A DNA stretch of 64,000 bases. Origin: Paraspadella gotoi. Its lineage: Eukaryota > Animalia > Chaetognatha. The position numbers and the translations under genes are program-made. The stretch covers positions 3,560,589-3,624,588 of the forward strand of contig CM119265.1 in NCBI GenBank assembly GCA_051294375.1, in the 5' to 3' direction. A model generated the notes under the pieces. The model worked only from the letters and a program-made list of their open reading frames with translations, searched no databases and had not been told where the DNA came from. Below are positions 31,132 through 44,172 of the stretch, in pieces (the stretch's first letter is position 1; every line of letters begins with the position of its first letter).

Positions 31132-33569
31132 TTAAAAATTCCAGTTTCGACAAACGAAAAAATGATCAATCATTCGTCAAGAAAAAAGTTCGTTTTCATT
31201 TTAGCTTAGGCCTGCTGTCTACGATCCTCGCCATTAAAGAAAAAAGCTACTTTTTCCAGTGGATTGTTTCATTTAGACTTTTAACAAAATTAATTTAATT
31301 TTGGCAACTCATAATATAAATTAGGCCGATATACGGATTGGTTAAAACCATCGTCCAGCTATTTCTAATCAATATAAGAGTAACATTTTTGCAACTTTAG
31401 GAAAATAAATCGATGTCCATATTTTGTCCATTGTTCAGGCTTTCGTTTTTCAAATATTTGAATGCCATAAGGAGATACGAGAAGAATTTTTTATTTTGGA
31501 ATTTCCTGTTTCTTCCTTATCGTTTCTTCACCCTTGAGTAAAGAATATTTTCCTAATATCCATTCATAGTTCACTTATGAATTAATTTTTAAAGTTTGAC
31601 AATCAAAAAGTTGGCATTTTTAGTTTTTAATTTATAATTTTATTGAAGATCAGAAAAATAGTTTAAATTGGGCTTAAACCTAAACATGAAAATATAGTCC
31701 TCCACAGAATAGAGCTTTTAACACCGTAACAAAATTATCGAAAAAAACGTCTTTTCGTTTAGGAGGTCCTACCAAATAATTTTTAAATGACAAACTTTTA
31801 ATTTGTGACTTTTGTGTGACTTGCATTTATTTATGATAAGAAAAATATTTTCAACTCTTTATTAGTTTTAAAGATGGGTCTTACTGACGTTGAGTAAAGA
31901 CAAAAAAAACGCATCCTTTTAAGCCAATGGAAAGGCGTCAGGGAGCTTGTTTGTTTCTTTCAGAATAGACATGATTTTGCGGAAACTTTTGCCGCAAAAT
32001 CTGTCCGATTTTACTAATTTGCTAGGCAACCAAAATTGAGAAAAATCATGCGCTATCGTTCATTTTCTTTCTTTATAATGCAATATAAAGATTTCTTTGA
32101 TATGGGCTCAATTGTAAACGTTGTGTAGAGGAAGAGGTAAAGAGAACAACAAGAAAAGAGAATAAGAAGAAAATGAAAGAGGGGGCCAAATAGGCAAAAA
32201 AAAATAGGCAAATGGGGGATAAAATAGTGAGACAAATAAAAGGAAGGACAATGATGGAAAATTGGAAGATAAGGGGGAAAATAGAGAAAGAGAGAAGGAG
32301 ATTGATAAAAAGGTTAAGGAAAGGCTGCATGAGTTGGCAGATAAAGGTAGGGGCAAGCGAAAAATGTGTAAGTTGGCAGAGTGAGAAGTAAGGAGGAGAG
32401 GAAGAAAAATATAAATGATAAGAATGAGAAGAAAAAGAAGTGAAGAAAATAGAATCAGGGAAAGCGTTGTAAGAAAAAATAAATTTATTGTATGATTTAA
32501 TTGGCGTCCTTACCTAGAAAACTTTTAGTGTAAGTACAAGACGTGAAGATTCTTATGAGGGAATTCGAATCTTTAAAATATCTTTACCATAAAAATTGAA
32601 CATACCTTATATCTACAATTACGCATTAATGAGATTAAGATTAAACAATCATTGAAGAAACCATGTCTTGACCGTATTTTTATCAACTAGAAATTTACCA
32701 GGGAAGTTCTAAAGTGATAAGAAGGAGATAACTTGAGACTCACCTAGTTTTTTAAATGAAGTAAGCTTCATACTAACTAATGAGAATCAAGAAAGATGGT
32801 AGTTATTGAATGTTCAGATTTCGTGTTGTCTAAAGACATCGATCGTAACGTGAGCCTTAGTTATTTTTGTTTACTTCGTTTTTGTCGTCGTCGTTTTTGC
32901 ACATAATTAGCGTCCCTTTTTTACAATAATCAATGTTGAATTATCAAAGTCTCTACATTCTGTTCACCCAGAACCTATCATAAGCAAAGATATTGATGTA
33001 CGGACATCTAGACGGATATGACATTGAACCGGGACAGATATAAACGTACCGAGGCCGACGTACGGACTGGTTCCCTCGAGAAGGACGCGCGTCAAAAACT
33101 GGTTTGACGTTTGACGTCAAAGATTCGTGCGATCGAAGTTAATAAGTTTTAAACATTTTAAGCGATCGACTCTAATTACTGTCGATCATCAAAAAGATGC
33201 TCAAAAAATATAAAGAATCAAATCCGTTTTTTTAATACTTTAAGTTATAATTAACGTTAGTAATATTTTTTAATGGCTAAATAAAAAAATTAAACACTAT
33301 GCCATTTAAAAATTCTAAATTTTAAAGGATGATAAACTATCATTTTTCTCTAAATATGATAAAGAATAAAGCTTAAAAAGATAACTACGTATGGATATCT
33401 TTTGAGAAAATTATCGATCATGAAAATTAAAATTAAAAATCTAGTTAAACATAATTAAAGTTTATTGTAAAGATTTTCATCGAGCGCCAAACATAACAAG
33501 GGAACTAAAACTCTGGAGCATTAAATTCGCACCGGACGAAATTCTTCGGAAAAAAAATCCGGGACAAAG

Positions 33570-36048
33570 ATGAGCGCCGAAACTCGACCGGAAATCGTCC
33601 AAAACGGCGCCGTTGACGCCGAAGACGCCGCGGAACGCATTATGTTTAAAATGACGCCGCTTTCGATGAAAGCTGACGAAGCTCTCGATCAACTTCAAAG
33701 ACACAACGATTCACAAATCTTTCACAATCTCGACACCTCTGTTAACCCTATCGCTCCATCCATTGTTGACGAAAACGTCAACTCCGCTGCCCCAAAGGCA
33801 CCACCAACTCTTAACGGACCATCGGACGCCTCCGCTTTCGAAGATGTCTCCACGATCCCGAATGGCTCGTCCACGTTAGCCACATCCCTTGAAATCGACT
33901 CTTCGACTATCAGCGCCGAGGCGCCAGTTAGCGGCGACAACATTCCCGACATTACTGCGAATCCAAACACGAACTCCTCTTCTACGGTCGTCGATCACTC
34001 CGCCGCTCCTGCTGCTACTTCTGCAGCCAAATCTGTTCCCTCTCTCGATATCACTCCTTCCGCTGTCCCTTCCATTATCTCCGATGCCGTCTCAACCAAC
34101 GCCATCTCCCCGGAAGAGATGGCGCGTCTTCGATCGACGTTCGCTTCCTTCGATCTGCGCGGAGACGGATTCATTACAGTCGAAGAACTTAAAGTGACGC
34201 TGGAGAGACTCGGCGTGAATGTGGAGGCGGCCGAGGTGAGATCACGGAGATGTCAACGTGAATTGTGAAATTTCAAATGGGTTGTGATTATATTGAAGGT
34301 ACGTATAATTTTGATTGACATTTGCATTTACGTAACGACCGCTCCCAAGGTAAAGGTAACTCAAGATAACAGAAAATACGGAGGCGAGGCAAGCCATGAG
34401 AATATTGTGAATAATCACAACACAAGGCTTTGAGAGAATTTTAGATCCATCCTTAGACCTTACTTTGAATCTCACAGGTGAAACTGATGATCGACAGCGG
34501 AGACAAAAAACGAAATGGAAAAATCGATTTCGAAGAATTTTTGGCTTTGATGGAATCGACGAGGAAGGAGAATAAAGGGGAGGAAGAGGAAGAGAGGGAG
34601 GACGAGATGAGAGCGATATTTAAGGTGAGACGGAAGGCGCCCCATTTCAGCAAAAGTTTAGAATTAAGCTTGTTTTTTAGTATAAAGATTTGATTAAAGT
34701 AAAAAAATATGTTAAGCATTAGGTTAAGGATAATGTTAGAGTTTTTGTTAGAAATTAATATTAGTAATATTAATATTAATATAAGGTTTTAGGTTAGGAA
34801 ATAATGTAAGGGATTAAGATTAGAGATTATGATAAATGATTAAGGATTTGCCTTAGGGATTAGGTTAGGGTTAACGATTAATCTTTAAGATTGTTTTAAG
34901 CATTATAAAATAAGATAAAAGTTAGTTTTTAAAGTTTAAATTTATTAAATTGCCAAATTTGCACTGAAAAAAGTTCAAAAATAAGAATCGAAACATGTCT
35001 GAAATATAAATCATCATTTTTATATAAAATAAAAATTATGTTTCTTTCAAACACAACGAAAGAGAAGATATATCAAAAAGTTTAAATTAAATTCAATTAT
35101 AAGGAACAGTCTTATTATGTTTTATGGTTGTTTAACATTATTATATTTTATGGTTGTTTAGATTTGTTTAGCGTTGTGGTCCCTCTCTCATTTACAGTAA
35201 AAAGTCTTCATCAGCAAGTGACTCTAAAACTGTAAGAGTTGAAACATGTCCAACTTATCTGTCACAAAATTTGTTGAACACAATTTAAATAAACTGTTTT
35301 CCTAAATCCTAAAACAATGAAATTGAAAGTCAATATATAATAAAATTTAATTTAATTTAATTTTTACATTTTTAAGCTTTTGTTTTGACTTATAATATCT
35401 TTAATATTTTTATTTTATGGTTATAATTTTTCATTTTATAACATTTCATATTTTTGTTTTTGTTTCATATTTTATGTTTTTGAGTATTATTTTTAAATGT
35501 TTTATTAATGTTTTGATGTTTGATCTTTGAACATTCTTAAACGTTATTTTTTATAGTTTTTTTATAGTAACATTTATTAATGATTCCATTTTAAACGTTA
35601 GTGTCTTTTGTTTTTATTAAATTTCAATACATAGTTTAATATTTATTTGTTTTCAAGTCTTTTACACCGTTACTGTTTATGTTTATGTTAATACTGTTTT
35701 TGGTATAAAAGTTTTTTTTAAAAATGGGAAGCTCTCAGAAAATAGTGCCGAAATCTCTCACCCTCCATAACCCCTCCCCCCCACTCTCGTCGAAAGGTAT
35801 TTGACAAGGACTCGACGGGTTTCATCCACGCCAACGATCTTCGTGTCGTCATGAAGACTCTGGGCGAAGACGTCACCGACGCTGACGTCGACGCCATGAT
35901 GCGCGAGGCCGACGTCGCCGGCGACGGCGTCATCAGCTTCGAAGAGTTTCGTCAACTCTTCGGGAACAAGTTGGTGGGCGTGGCCCCGGAGGAGGAGGAG
36001 GAGGAAGAAGAAAAGGGGAGGAAGAGGAGAAAGTGGTGCTGCTGGTGA
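33570..36048 (+). CDS. Calmodulin-like 4-EF-hand protein with long N-terminal extension (3 exons, ~354 aa)
   Basis: Exons 33570-34235, 34478-34624 and 35797-36048, all phase-0 GT-AG. EF loops are [36 protein letters not shown] and [12 protein letters not shown]. CaM-like segments include [10 protein letters not shown] and [25 protein letters not shown]. Confidence 0.9.
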
Positions 36049-37072
36049 GACGTCGAGAGAGAGATTAAAAATTTTAAAATGGATTTCAATTGGAGTTATG
36101 ATGGTGAATTACGAGCATGATGTCCCAAATAACAATATATGTATTATATTTTATAACTTTGTTAAATACTAAGCTTCTTTTGTTCTGTAATTTGGCTTAG
36201 TTTGCCGTGTCTTCCAACAGATGTCAGTATTGTCTGAGGTCTTTGAGTACCAATGTTGCTTAAACCAACAAAAGACTCAGTTTTCGTCCTCTGAAGACTG
36301 AAATAAAATTAAGAAAACTGGCAGTCTGCCGAGAACCTTTCCCCTTTACTTCCTAAATTAAAAGTCCATTTAGCTATAGACTTCCTTTTCAAATAAACCA
36401 GACACGTCTTAATTCATAGCTAGAAAATTCACGATGAACAATGAAAACTATTCAAAAAGACCTAATATAAATCGAAAACGAACTTTTAACATAGTGATAG
36501 TTCCCTAGTTAAAAGTGGTTAGTTAAAAAAAGGAAAACTGTCCAATCTAAAAACGAAAAACGTTGACTCTAGTTCCGAGAAAAATTTGAAATTATGTCCG
36601 ACCCAATTTTCCGAATTCCTCTTTTTAATCATCAATATCCGGTCTCGAACCCGTAATATCCTGACGACGACAACAAGAAAAAATGAAACGTGTCGAGAAA
36701 TTTGGTCCGATTGTTTATATTTCGAAAAATAAATTATTTCGCGCGACCGAGTATGAAAACTGTCAACAAACTGCGTTCCAAATGTATTTTTTCTTCGAGA
36801 CATTCTTATGAAAACAAACGAGACATACAAACTCGATAGAACAAAAAAATTAAAGATCTTGACTCGAAATCAAAATTAAAACCCCAAAAAAATGATTTTT
36901 AGTTATAATTAAAAATCTGAGATGCGATGCGGGTTTTTTTTAATTTAAAAGGGAAAGCTAGAAAAATAAATATCTAAAACCGGAAGATCCCATTCGTGAA
37001 AAAAAAAAAACAAAACAAGAAAAACAAATTAATTTATTTTGTATAAGAACCATCATTGATTTAAAAAACACA

Positions 37073-38179
37073 ATGTCATTTCGTTGTTTTTCGTATTCAT
37101 TCGTATTTGTCTTCTTTGTCGTCGTCGTCGCTTCGCCCGTCTCAGATCGAGACGTGGAATCAACTGCTCTTCCCTACACCGACGGACCAATCCAAGTCAC
37201 TCTCCACTCAGATTCTGACCCGGACGACCACTCTTCCGGCCTATCCTCCGCCGCTGACGCCGCCCTCGCCGCAGCCGAAGCAGCCCTCGCCGCCCTCGAT
37301 GCAGCTATCTTCGCCATCGCCGGCGTCGAAGAGAAAAAGACCTTGGATCGCCGAAAGTCGTCGTCGGGGGATTCGGTGGTCCCGCTTGTGACGGACGAGT
37401 TGATAGAATCGGAAAAGCCGTCGGAGTCGACCGCGACGACGTTGCTGGGGACGGTAGTCTCGGCTGAAATGGCAGCGTCGGCGAAGATGGAGGAATTGGC
37501 GTCGTCGGTGAAGATTGAGCCGGCAGTGTCGACACAGACGACAGTGTCGACACAGACAGCGGAGTCGACATCGAATCCAAAGGACGAGTGGGACTGGAGA
37601 ATCAGATGCGACAATCCGAAATCGGGCGGAAGATTTAAGAACGAGTATTAGGCAGCTTACAATTAATACAATTATCTATTAATCACTTACAATTTTATTA
37701 CGAATTTATAACCTTCCGTCAATTTTTTTAAGGTCGGAGTGTAAAACGGAATTACCGGAATACCGAAAAGTGGACGTTACTTGTCGATGCGAAAACTTTC
37801 CATGGATTTATCACCTCAGATGCCGAGATTTTGAGAATCACTTCGCCTCAAAGTCAGTGGTTGTGGAAGTATTTTGTTTAGATATTAATAATTTATCTCA
37901 ATTTATCATAGTCATTCCGGTCGCGATGTACTGTAATAATATATATTATATATATATTATAATATATATAATAATAACTTATTATTATTATTATTAGTAA
38001 TTACGAATAATTAATAATGGGAACCGAAATATCCAATGAATGGCTAAGTTGAAAATAATAAAATACTTAATTAGACTTTAATCGACTTTTATTTTTGTCG
38101 CAGAAACGCCTGTGAATTGGCGATGGTTTCCTTATACTGTTCCGAGGGGAGATGCATCATCCGAAATGAAAGCCACTAA
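37073..38179 (+). CDS. Putative secreted protein with Ser/Thr/Ala-rich stalk and C-terminal 8-Cys domain (3 exons)
   Basis: Exons 37073-37644, 37733-37852 and 38104-38179, with two phase-2 GT-AG introns giving an open frame. N-terminus is hydrophobic (MSFRCFSYSFVFVFFVVVVAS). Confidence 0.75.
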
Positions 38180-39282
38180 AAACCAATACATTTTACTCAT
38201 TAAATTGATTCGTGTTTTGTCTTTGCATTTTTTAAATAACATTATTCACTTGATCACAAAAAGGCCTACGTACAGTCTTTTTTAGCTCTGGGAGCGCCAT
38301 GACTTATGACCACTTTATTTCCGACGGAACCTACGTCACTTCAAAACCTTACTTTTAGGTTAAAGGACAGTTTAAGAGACGGTAAATCACAGCTAGAACT
38401 TCGGAGAAAGTGAAAGAATTGAGGCTTGGCCGACGTAAGTCATAACTTAATTACGAAATAACATTTTATTTCATTATTCAATATTCTGCTTCTGACAGAA
38501 GCAAGTATTAGATTTAGACCTCTTCACTAGATTCTCAAATTACGCCAGCTGATTGGCCACAACTAGATTGAATAAGCTCATCCGCTCATCAACGAAAGAA
38601 CAGCGTTCATAACCTCGGAAACATTAGATCTAATCAGCAACCGAGTATGTAAACAGAACCAGCGAATCGTCCGCCGAATACGAAGAGTCCAACCAAAACC
38701 ACATAAGAAATTCTGAACAATCAGAGAGCGGTTCTTGAGCGACGGACCATTCAGCGTGGCCGAATCTGAATAACCTAAAAATCTGAGGACAAAGGTTTTT
38801 TAAAAATATATTTGCCCGAAGCTGAACAAATGAACAGAACGACAGTACTTTAATGCTTCGATATTAGATTTTTAACCTCCTTAGTTAAAAAAACGCGGTA
38901 ACTTTGTAACAAAAAAAAAAAATTAAAAAGGAATTTAAAAATAGGTCAGACCATCTAAGTCACTAAGAATTACTTAAATTATAAGATCTCTGCCGGACCG
39001 GCATTTTAAAATTATGCAGTTCTCTCCTTTGCTAAAGTAATTATTCTCTTTTCACGTGTTTCTTTGGCTACGCTCATTGTTCATCATTGACGATCATCTA
39101 CCGCTTTTCGCCATTTTGTGGTGCATTTAGAAAAAAAGACGGGGTAACCATTTCCATATAAAATCGCCAAGACTTACTTCTCTATCTGTATTGGTATTTA
39201 TGAAAATCGTCTATAATTACGTGCTTGAGAAAAATTTTTATTTAACTTTAATATTTCGAGGTGCGGCTTAATATCGATCGAA

Positions 39283-39330
39283 TTCTGATTGGTTAATGTC
39301 ATTCCTTTTTCTTAATTCAAAATGGCTGTT
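39283..39330 (+). promoter_or_regulatory. Possible promoter of zinc-finger gene A (reverse CCAAT box plus YY1-like AAAATGGC)
   Basis: CTGATTGGTT and CAAAATGGCT lie ~250 bp before the ATG. A similar AAAATGGCT at ~44063 precedes gene B. Motif match only. Confidence 0.3.
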
Positions 39331-39563
39331 GGTTTAATAGTAACTTCGTATATTTTGGAGCAATTTAATTTAACCACAAGTTTAGTAAGATCTTTTAAGA
39401 ATTTCCTCGTATTAGTAATACATATTTATTTCAGTTTTGATAATTTAATCACATTAAAGAAAATACAAAAAACAACGGTTTAATCGATAGAAATCCCCAT
39501 CCAACGAAATTTTCTCTATCTTTTCCTCGTCAGCCATTATTAAAAACACCAAAAAACTAAATT

Positions 39564-42500
39564 ATGGGCGCTATAGACGTGACTCACTCAGACTGCCAAG
39601 TAGAAGTGGGTCAGTGGCCCCTCCACGGAACCCTGTTTGACCTTTTTTCGGTCGTAGAGAGGGAGTCGTTCCTCCCGCGCGGGTGGACGCTCGTCTCGAG
39701 TCTGGACTTCGGCGACGAGAAAGGAATCACCTTCGCCCACGTCAAACGCGAGATCGGAGGCGATAGAATGCTTTGCGACAAGACCGTCACAGTCAACCCC
39801 ATTCGAGAGGAAGGTGACGCCAGCGACGGGGAATTCTGCAGCAGCGGAGGCGGCGGCGGCGACGATGGTGTCGGAATCGGGACCGAAGTCAGCGAGATAC
39901 TTTTGCAAGTGAGTCCGTCACTTTTGCAGGTCAAAGGTCGAATTCTAATCCAGTCTCTTCTGTTAGATTTGCCAATAAATTGTCTCATTAATATTAAATC
40001 CACTTCTTTCAAGGTCGTCGCCAAAGTTTTCCCCTCCGGTCGAGGATTGCCGGCCACCAACTTTACCGTGACTCAAATCCACAGCCTCTCCGACATCGTG
40101 ACCATCCTGACGGATTCTTCCACCTACAGTGACGGCATACAGATGCAGGGCGAGCGGCCCGAGGAGGACTACAATCATTATCACTTGGGCGTGGATTCGC
40201 CGACGAAGCGGGGCGCCGGATCCGGTGGATTCGGCCTCGGCGCGACGCCGCATGTCGGCGGCACAATCTCCATCCAGAGTCATGACCTCTTCCGCGCCGA
40301 CGAGCACAACTTCTTCACCGAGGTCGTCGACTCTATTACCCTGGACGACGGCGACACCGATTCCGACGACGTCTACCCGGTCCCGAAGCGTCTCGTCAAA
40401 GGAAACGCCCGCCCCGCCGACGCCGCTTATCCGACGCCGAAGCGTCACAAAAAGAGCAACGCCGCCGACGATGACGTCGTATCCTTTAACGACGGCGCCG
40501 ACGACGTCTCCTTCGACGACGCCGGAATCGAGTGGCTAGACTCGCCGGCGATTCCGCTTCAGCGGGCGCCGAGATCGAACTTCTCATCTTATCCGAGAAG
40601 CGACGATCCGGACCGACCCTTCCAGTGCCCGACCTGTCCGTCCAAATTCAAAAGATCCAATCACTTCAAGGATCACTTGAGAGTTCACAAGGGTGAGTCG
40701 CTTCGCAGTGAATTGTATTTGAAGCAGGTTACTTAATTATTTATTATTTTAATATTAAAGTTAAAAAAAAGTCGTAAAAAGATTATTAATCCTATTAAAC
40801 GAACACCATGTCCAGACGAATGTTTCCAATGCCCGGTTTGTCCCTTTACTTGCAAACTCCAAACGCTCTTCACAAATCACATGACCAACAAACACAATGG
40901 TGAGAGTCGAGATTCTATTAGACTCCCTTTCCTGGATTTGGTCTCCTTATTCAATCTTTCTCAATCCCACTACAGGCAAAGGCCCCTTTCAGTGCACCGA
41001 GTGTCCAGAGAAGTTCGATCGCGTCCATGATCTCGCTCGACACCTTCCGCGCGACCACAAGGTCGACACCGGCTTTAAACTCTCCCATTTTGAAAGAAGT
41101 GAGTTACTGTTTAGTTTTTTTGTTCTAAACTTTTTCTTTTTTCTGACTTAATTTTGTATTAAAAATTGATAGAAAACATGTGATAATTTTTGATAATGTA
41201 CCTAATAATTATGATTTGAAACCTTTCTCCAGACGAAAGGTACACCGGAAGGCCCGGCCGTCCTCGAGGAAGCGCGTCGGTGACCAACGGTGAGCGAACC
41301 ACGCCCCCTACCGCCGCCAAGAGCAAGAACCTCGAGGACGACTTCGACTTTGGCGACGGGAGTTATGAGGTTAAGACATTCTGTCGTTTGAAATTAATTA
41401 CGTAATTTAACTAGTTTAAATTAGTGATTGTTAAGTGGCGTTTTATTATTATTTAAGGCTTAAGGAAATGTGCGTCCATAAATTGTTGACCATATTCTCA
41501 TACGTAGATTGTTCATCTTGCTCAGATACCATGTTTAATTCAATTCAAAACAAATTGTCAAAACCGATTCTTATCTTATTCTTTTCCCCAGGACATGCAA
41601 CGCCTCATGCGACTCTACGACTCCTCCAACGACGACTCCCCCTCCATGGTTCCCCGCGGCGCGCCCGTCGATCTGCAGCGCTCCGTCGGTGCCGACACGC
41701 CCTCGCCTTCGCGACGAGGGCGACCCCCGGGCGTTGGACGACCTCGCGGACGCCCGTCGCGGCACGACGACGACGCAGATGCTCCGCCGGATCCCGCGGA
41801 CGCTTGGGTGCGCCAGTACTTCATGGGTTGTCGACGATGCGGCATCGATGACCTGGGCACGGAACAACAATTTTCCCAACACTTTCTCAAAGTACACAAC
41901 GATGACAGACCTTACAAGTGTCAGGACTTTAAGAACGAAGGTTGTACATCTGCTTTTAGGATGAGAACCACTTACAAGGAGCATATTCGAGGTGAGAGCG
42001 AAACGGGGAAGGAAAAAAAAGAATTGGTTGAAAATTTTAGTCATTTTTCAAAATAAATTATACAGAATAATATTGATATAGTACTAATTTCATTGAAATT
42101 AAAATTGTATTTGCTGCGATTTCTTTGAAAAATATATTGCAACTTTTCCCTCCTTTTGACCGTTCCTCCTTTAATGCAGGCGTTCACAACCCAGAAATCA
42201 AACACTTCAAGTGCAAGTCGTGCCCAAAGCGCTACTCGACCCGCAGCGGTCTCACGCAGCACACTTTGCAACACTCTCAATTCCGCTGTCCGGTGTGCCG
42301 CATGAAGTTTCTCACGTCGCGCGCCATGACGCGTCACATGGAAGAATCGCAACATTACGGCGACGCAGGGGGAGGCGTGGCTGTCAACGGCGATTCTGTC
42401 TCAACCAAGAACGCTGCCCGAGGTGCCAGAGCGTCCAAGTCCCTTGGCGCCGCCGCCGACTCGCCGCAACGAACCCCCACCACGGAGACGTCTAATGCTG

Positions 42501-42763
42501 CAAATGAGGCGCCGGAAGGAGCGTCGCCGATTCTCGATCGCTCCGTCAACGACGTGGATATGACCTTCGCCGAGGACGTTGAAGTGGAGACGTCGGCGAC
42601 GCCGGGCGTCAAGTCGCTCGAAGACGAAATGATCTTCGGAGACGCGGCCAACGGTGGAGACGACGCCGCCGATTTCAATGGCGCCGTCGTATTTCCCGAC
42701 ATGCAGCAGCATCCGCGGCTGCAGCCGCTTCAACAGAGCGTCTTTCCCGGCGCTGCCAGTTGA
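39564..42763 (+). CDS. C2H2 zinc-finger protein A (7 fingers, AT-hooks, unrecognised N-terminal domain)
   Basis: Exons 39564-39908, 40014-40692, 40816-40899, 40976-41098, 41233-41369, 41592-41991 and 42180-42763, all phase-consistent GT-AG. Example finger FQCPTCPSKFKRSNHFKDHLRVH; AT-hook-like GRPGRPRGS and RRGRPPGVGRPRGRP. Confidence 0.9.
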
Positions 42764-43697
42764 AGAGGAGTTGGATAAAGAGAGAATTGAAAAGACCTCG
42801 TCGACGGCGAAAACGGGTCTTGATCGAGGGGTTGATTGAGTCGGAAATAAGTAGAGAGGCCTATCGAGTATCGTTAATTGTCGATTGCATTGTAAATGAC
42901 ATTGGTTAGTGCTTAACTTTTTGCTTTTTTTCTTAAAAAAAACATTTAAGCGCTTGGATTTGCTGTCAAGTCGGGATTTGTGTAGCTTTCAAAATTTAAG
43001 AAAATATTATTAACTCCTATCTCAAATTAAATTAGCACAAGGCAATATCTCTGTAGGTATGGCTGCCTCATTTCTCTTAATTCTTGACTCGACTGACGAC
43101 GTCGCGGTTTTTGCGTTGGAAGCGTCTCTCCCTCTCAATATGCAAAATAAAAAAGTTATATCCTGAAGTTTTGCAGACGTAATAAATACTAAATAGATTA
43201 TGAAGTGAACAATTTATACTTGCGGCTGAGTATTTGTAGAATAGAATTTTAAAATTCATAAACCTTTATATGCAACAGCCGATCAAAAAAGTTATTTCGA
43301 GATTAGTTCCATTTTATCACCTACATATATTGTATTTTATATCTTTTCTCCCTCCCGCGATCAATTCGGGCGACGTAGTTTATTTCTCCGTCGATATGAA
43401 AATTAGACGGTGCAATATAACTATTTGAATCGGAATATATAGCTTAACTATATATGCGTTTGGTACTAAGTAATTTATTCCGAGATAGTTTGTCTTGACG
43501 TATTAACGAAATTTTAATAGAATTAATTTCAGTTGTTTCAGTTTCAATGAAACGATTTTATTTTACGACCTAATATCGATGGCTTCGCGAGTCAGTTGAT
43601 TTCACAAACTTTATGGTCAGCCTTCGTCGTCTGTTAGCTTCATTCGAATTATTGTCCAAAGTTTTTAAATACGAAACAAACATATACGGAAACAAAA

Positions 43698-43781
43698 TTG
43701 ACTGCCCTTGGCCTTGGATTGAGTGCCCTTGACTGCCCTTGGCCTTGGATTGACTGCCCTTGACTGCCCTTGGCCTTGGAT
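43698..43781. repeat. Short tandem repeat (TTGACTGCCCTTGGCCTTGGA)
   Basis: About 3 copies, with internal TGACTGCCCT sub-repeats. Confidence 0.85.
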
Positions 43782-44172
43782 TCTTCGGAATGTCGTTGAA
43801 ACTTTTTTTTTTTTCGTTTTTAAAACCAAGCAAATTTTGTTTTATATCCATGAACTTCGTTGCTTTCTTTTTAAACCTTTTATTATTCAGTTTTTGTTAT
43901 CATTAACTACATTTACTTGTACAGTCGCGCGTTTTTGCCACTTTCTTTTTGAAGGGCCGAAAATTTGGAATTACAAAAGCTAAAAGAAGTTATTTTAAAA
44001 TCGTGATTATTAATTATTCTAATTGTTTTTGTCAATTTTTCGCTCATTACTCTTTAGTGACGAAAATGGCTAGTGAGAGAATTTGAAACTCGGCGACGTT
44101 TCGCCAGTAATCCAATTCTAAAGAGAGAGAGAGAGAGAGCGCCGAAGACCGAGACAGAACCAGGCGCACGTC

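Noticed and set aside
34715-34880. Interstitial telomeric repeat (TTAGG/TTAGGG)
   Set aside because: Only scattered degenerate units within an intron; no true array.
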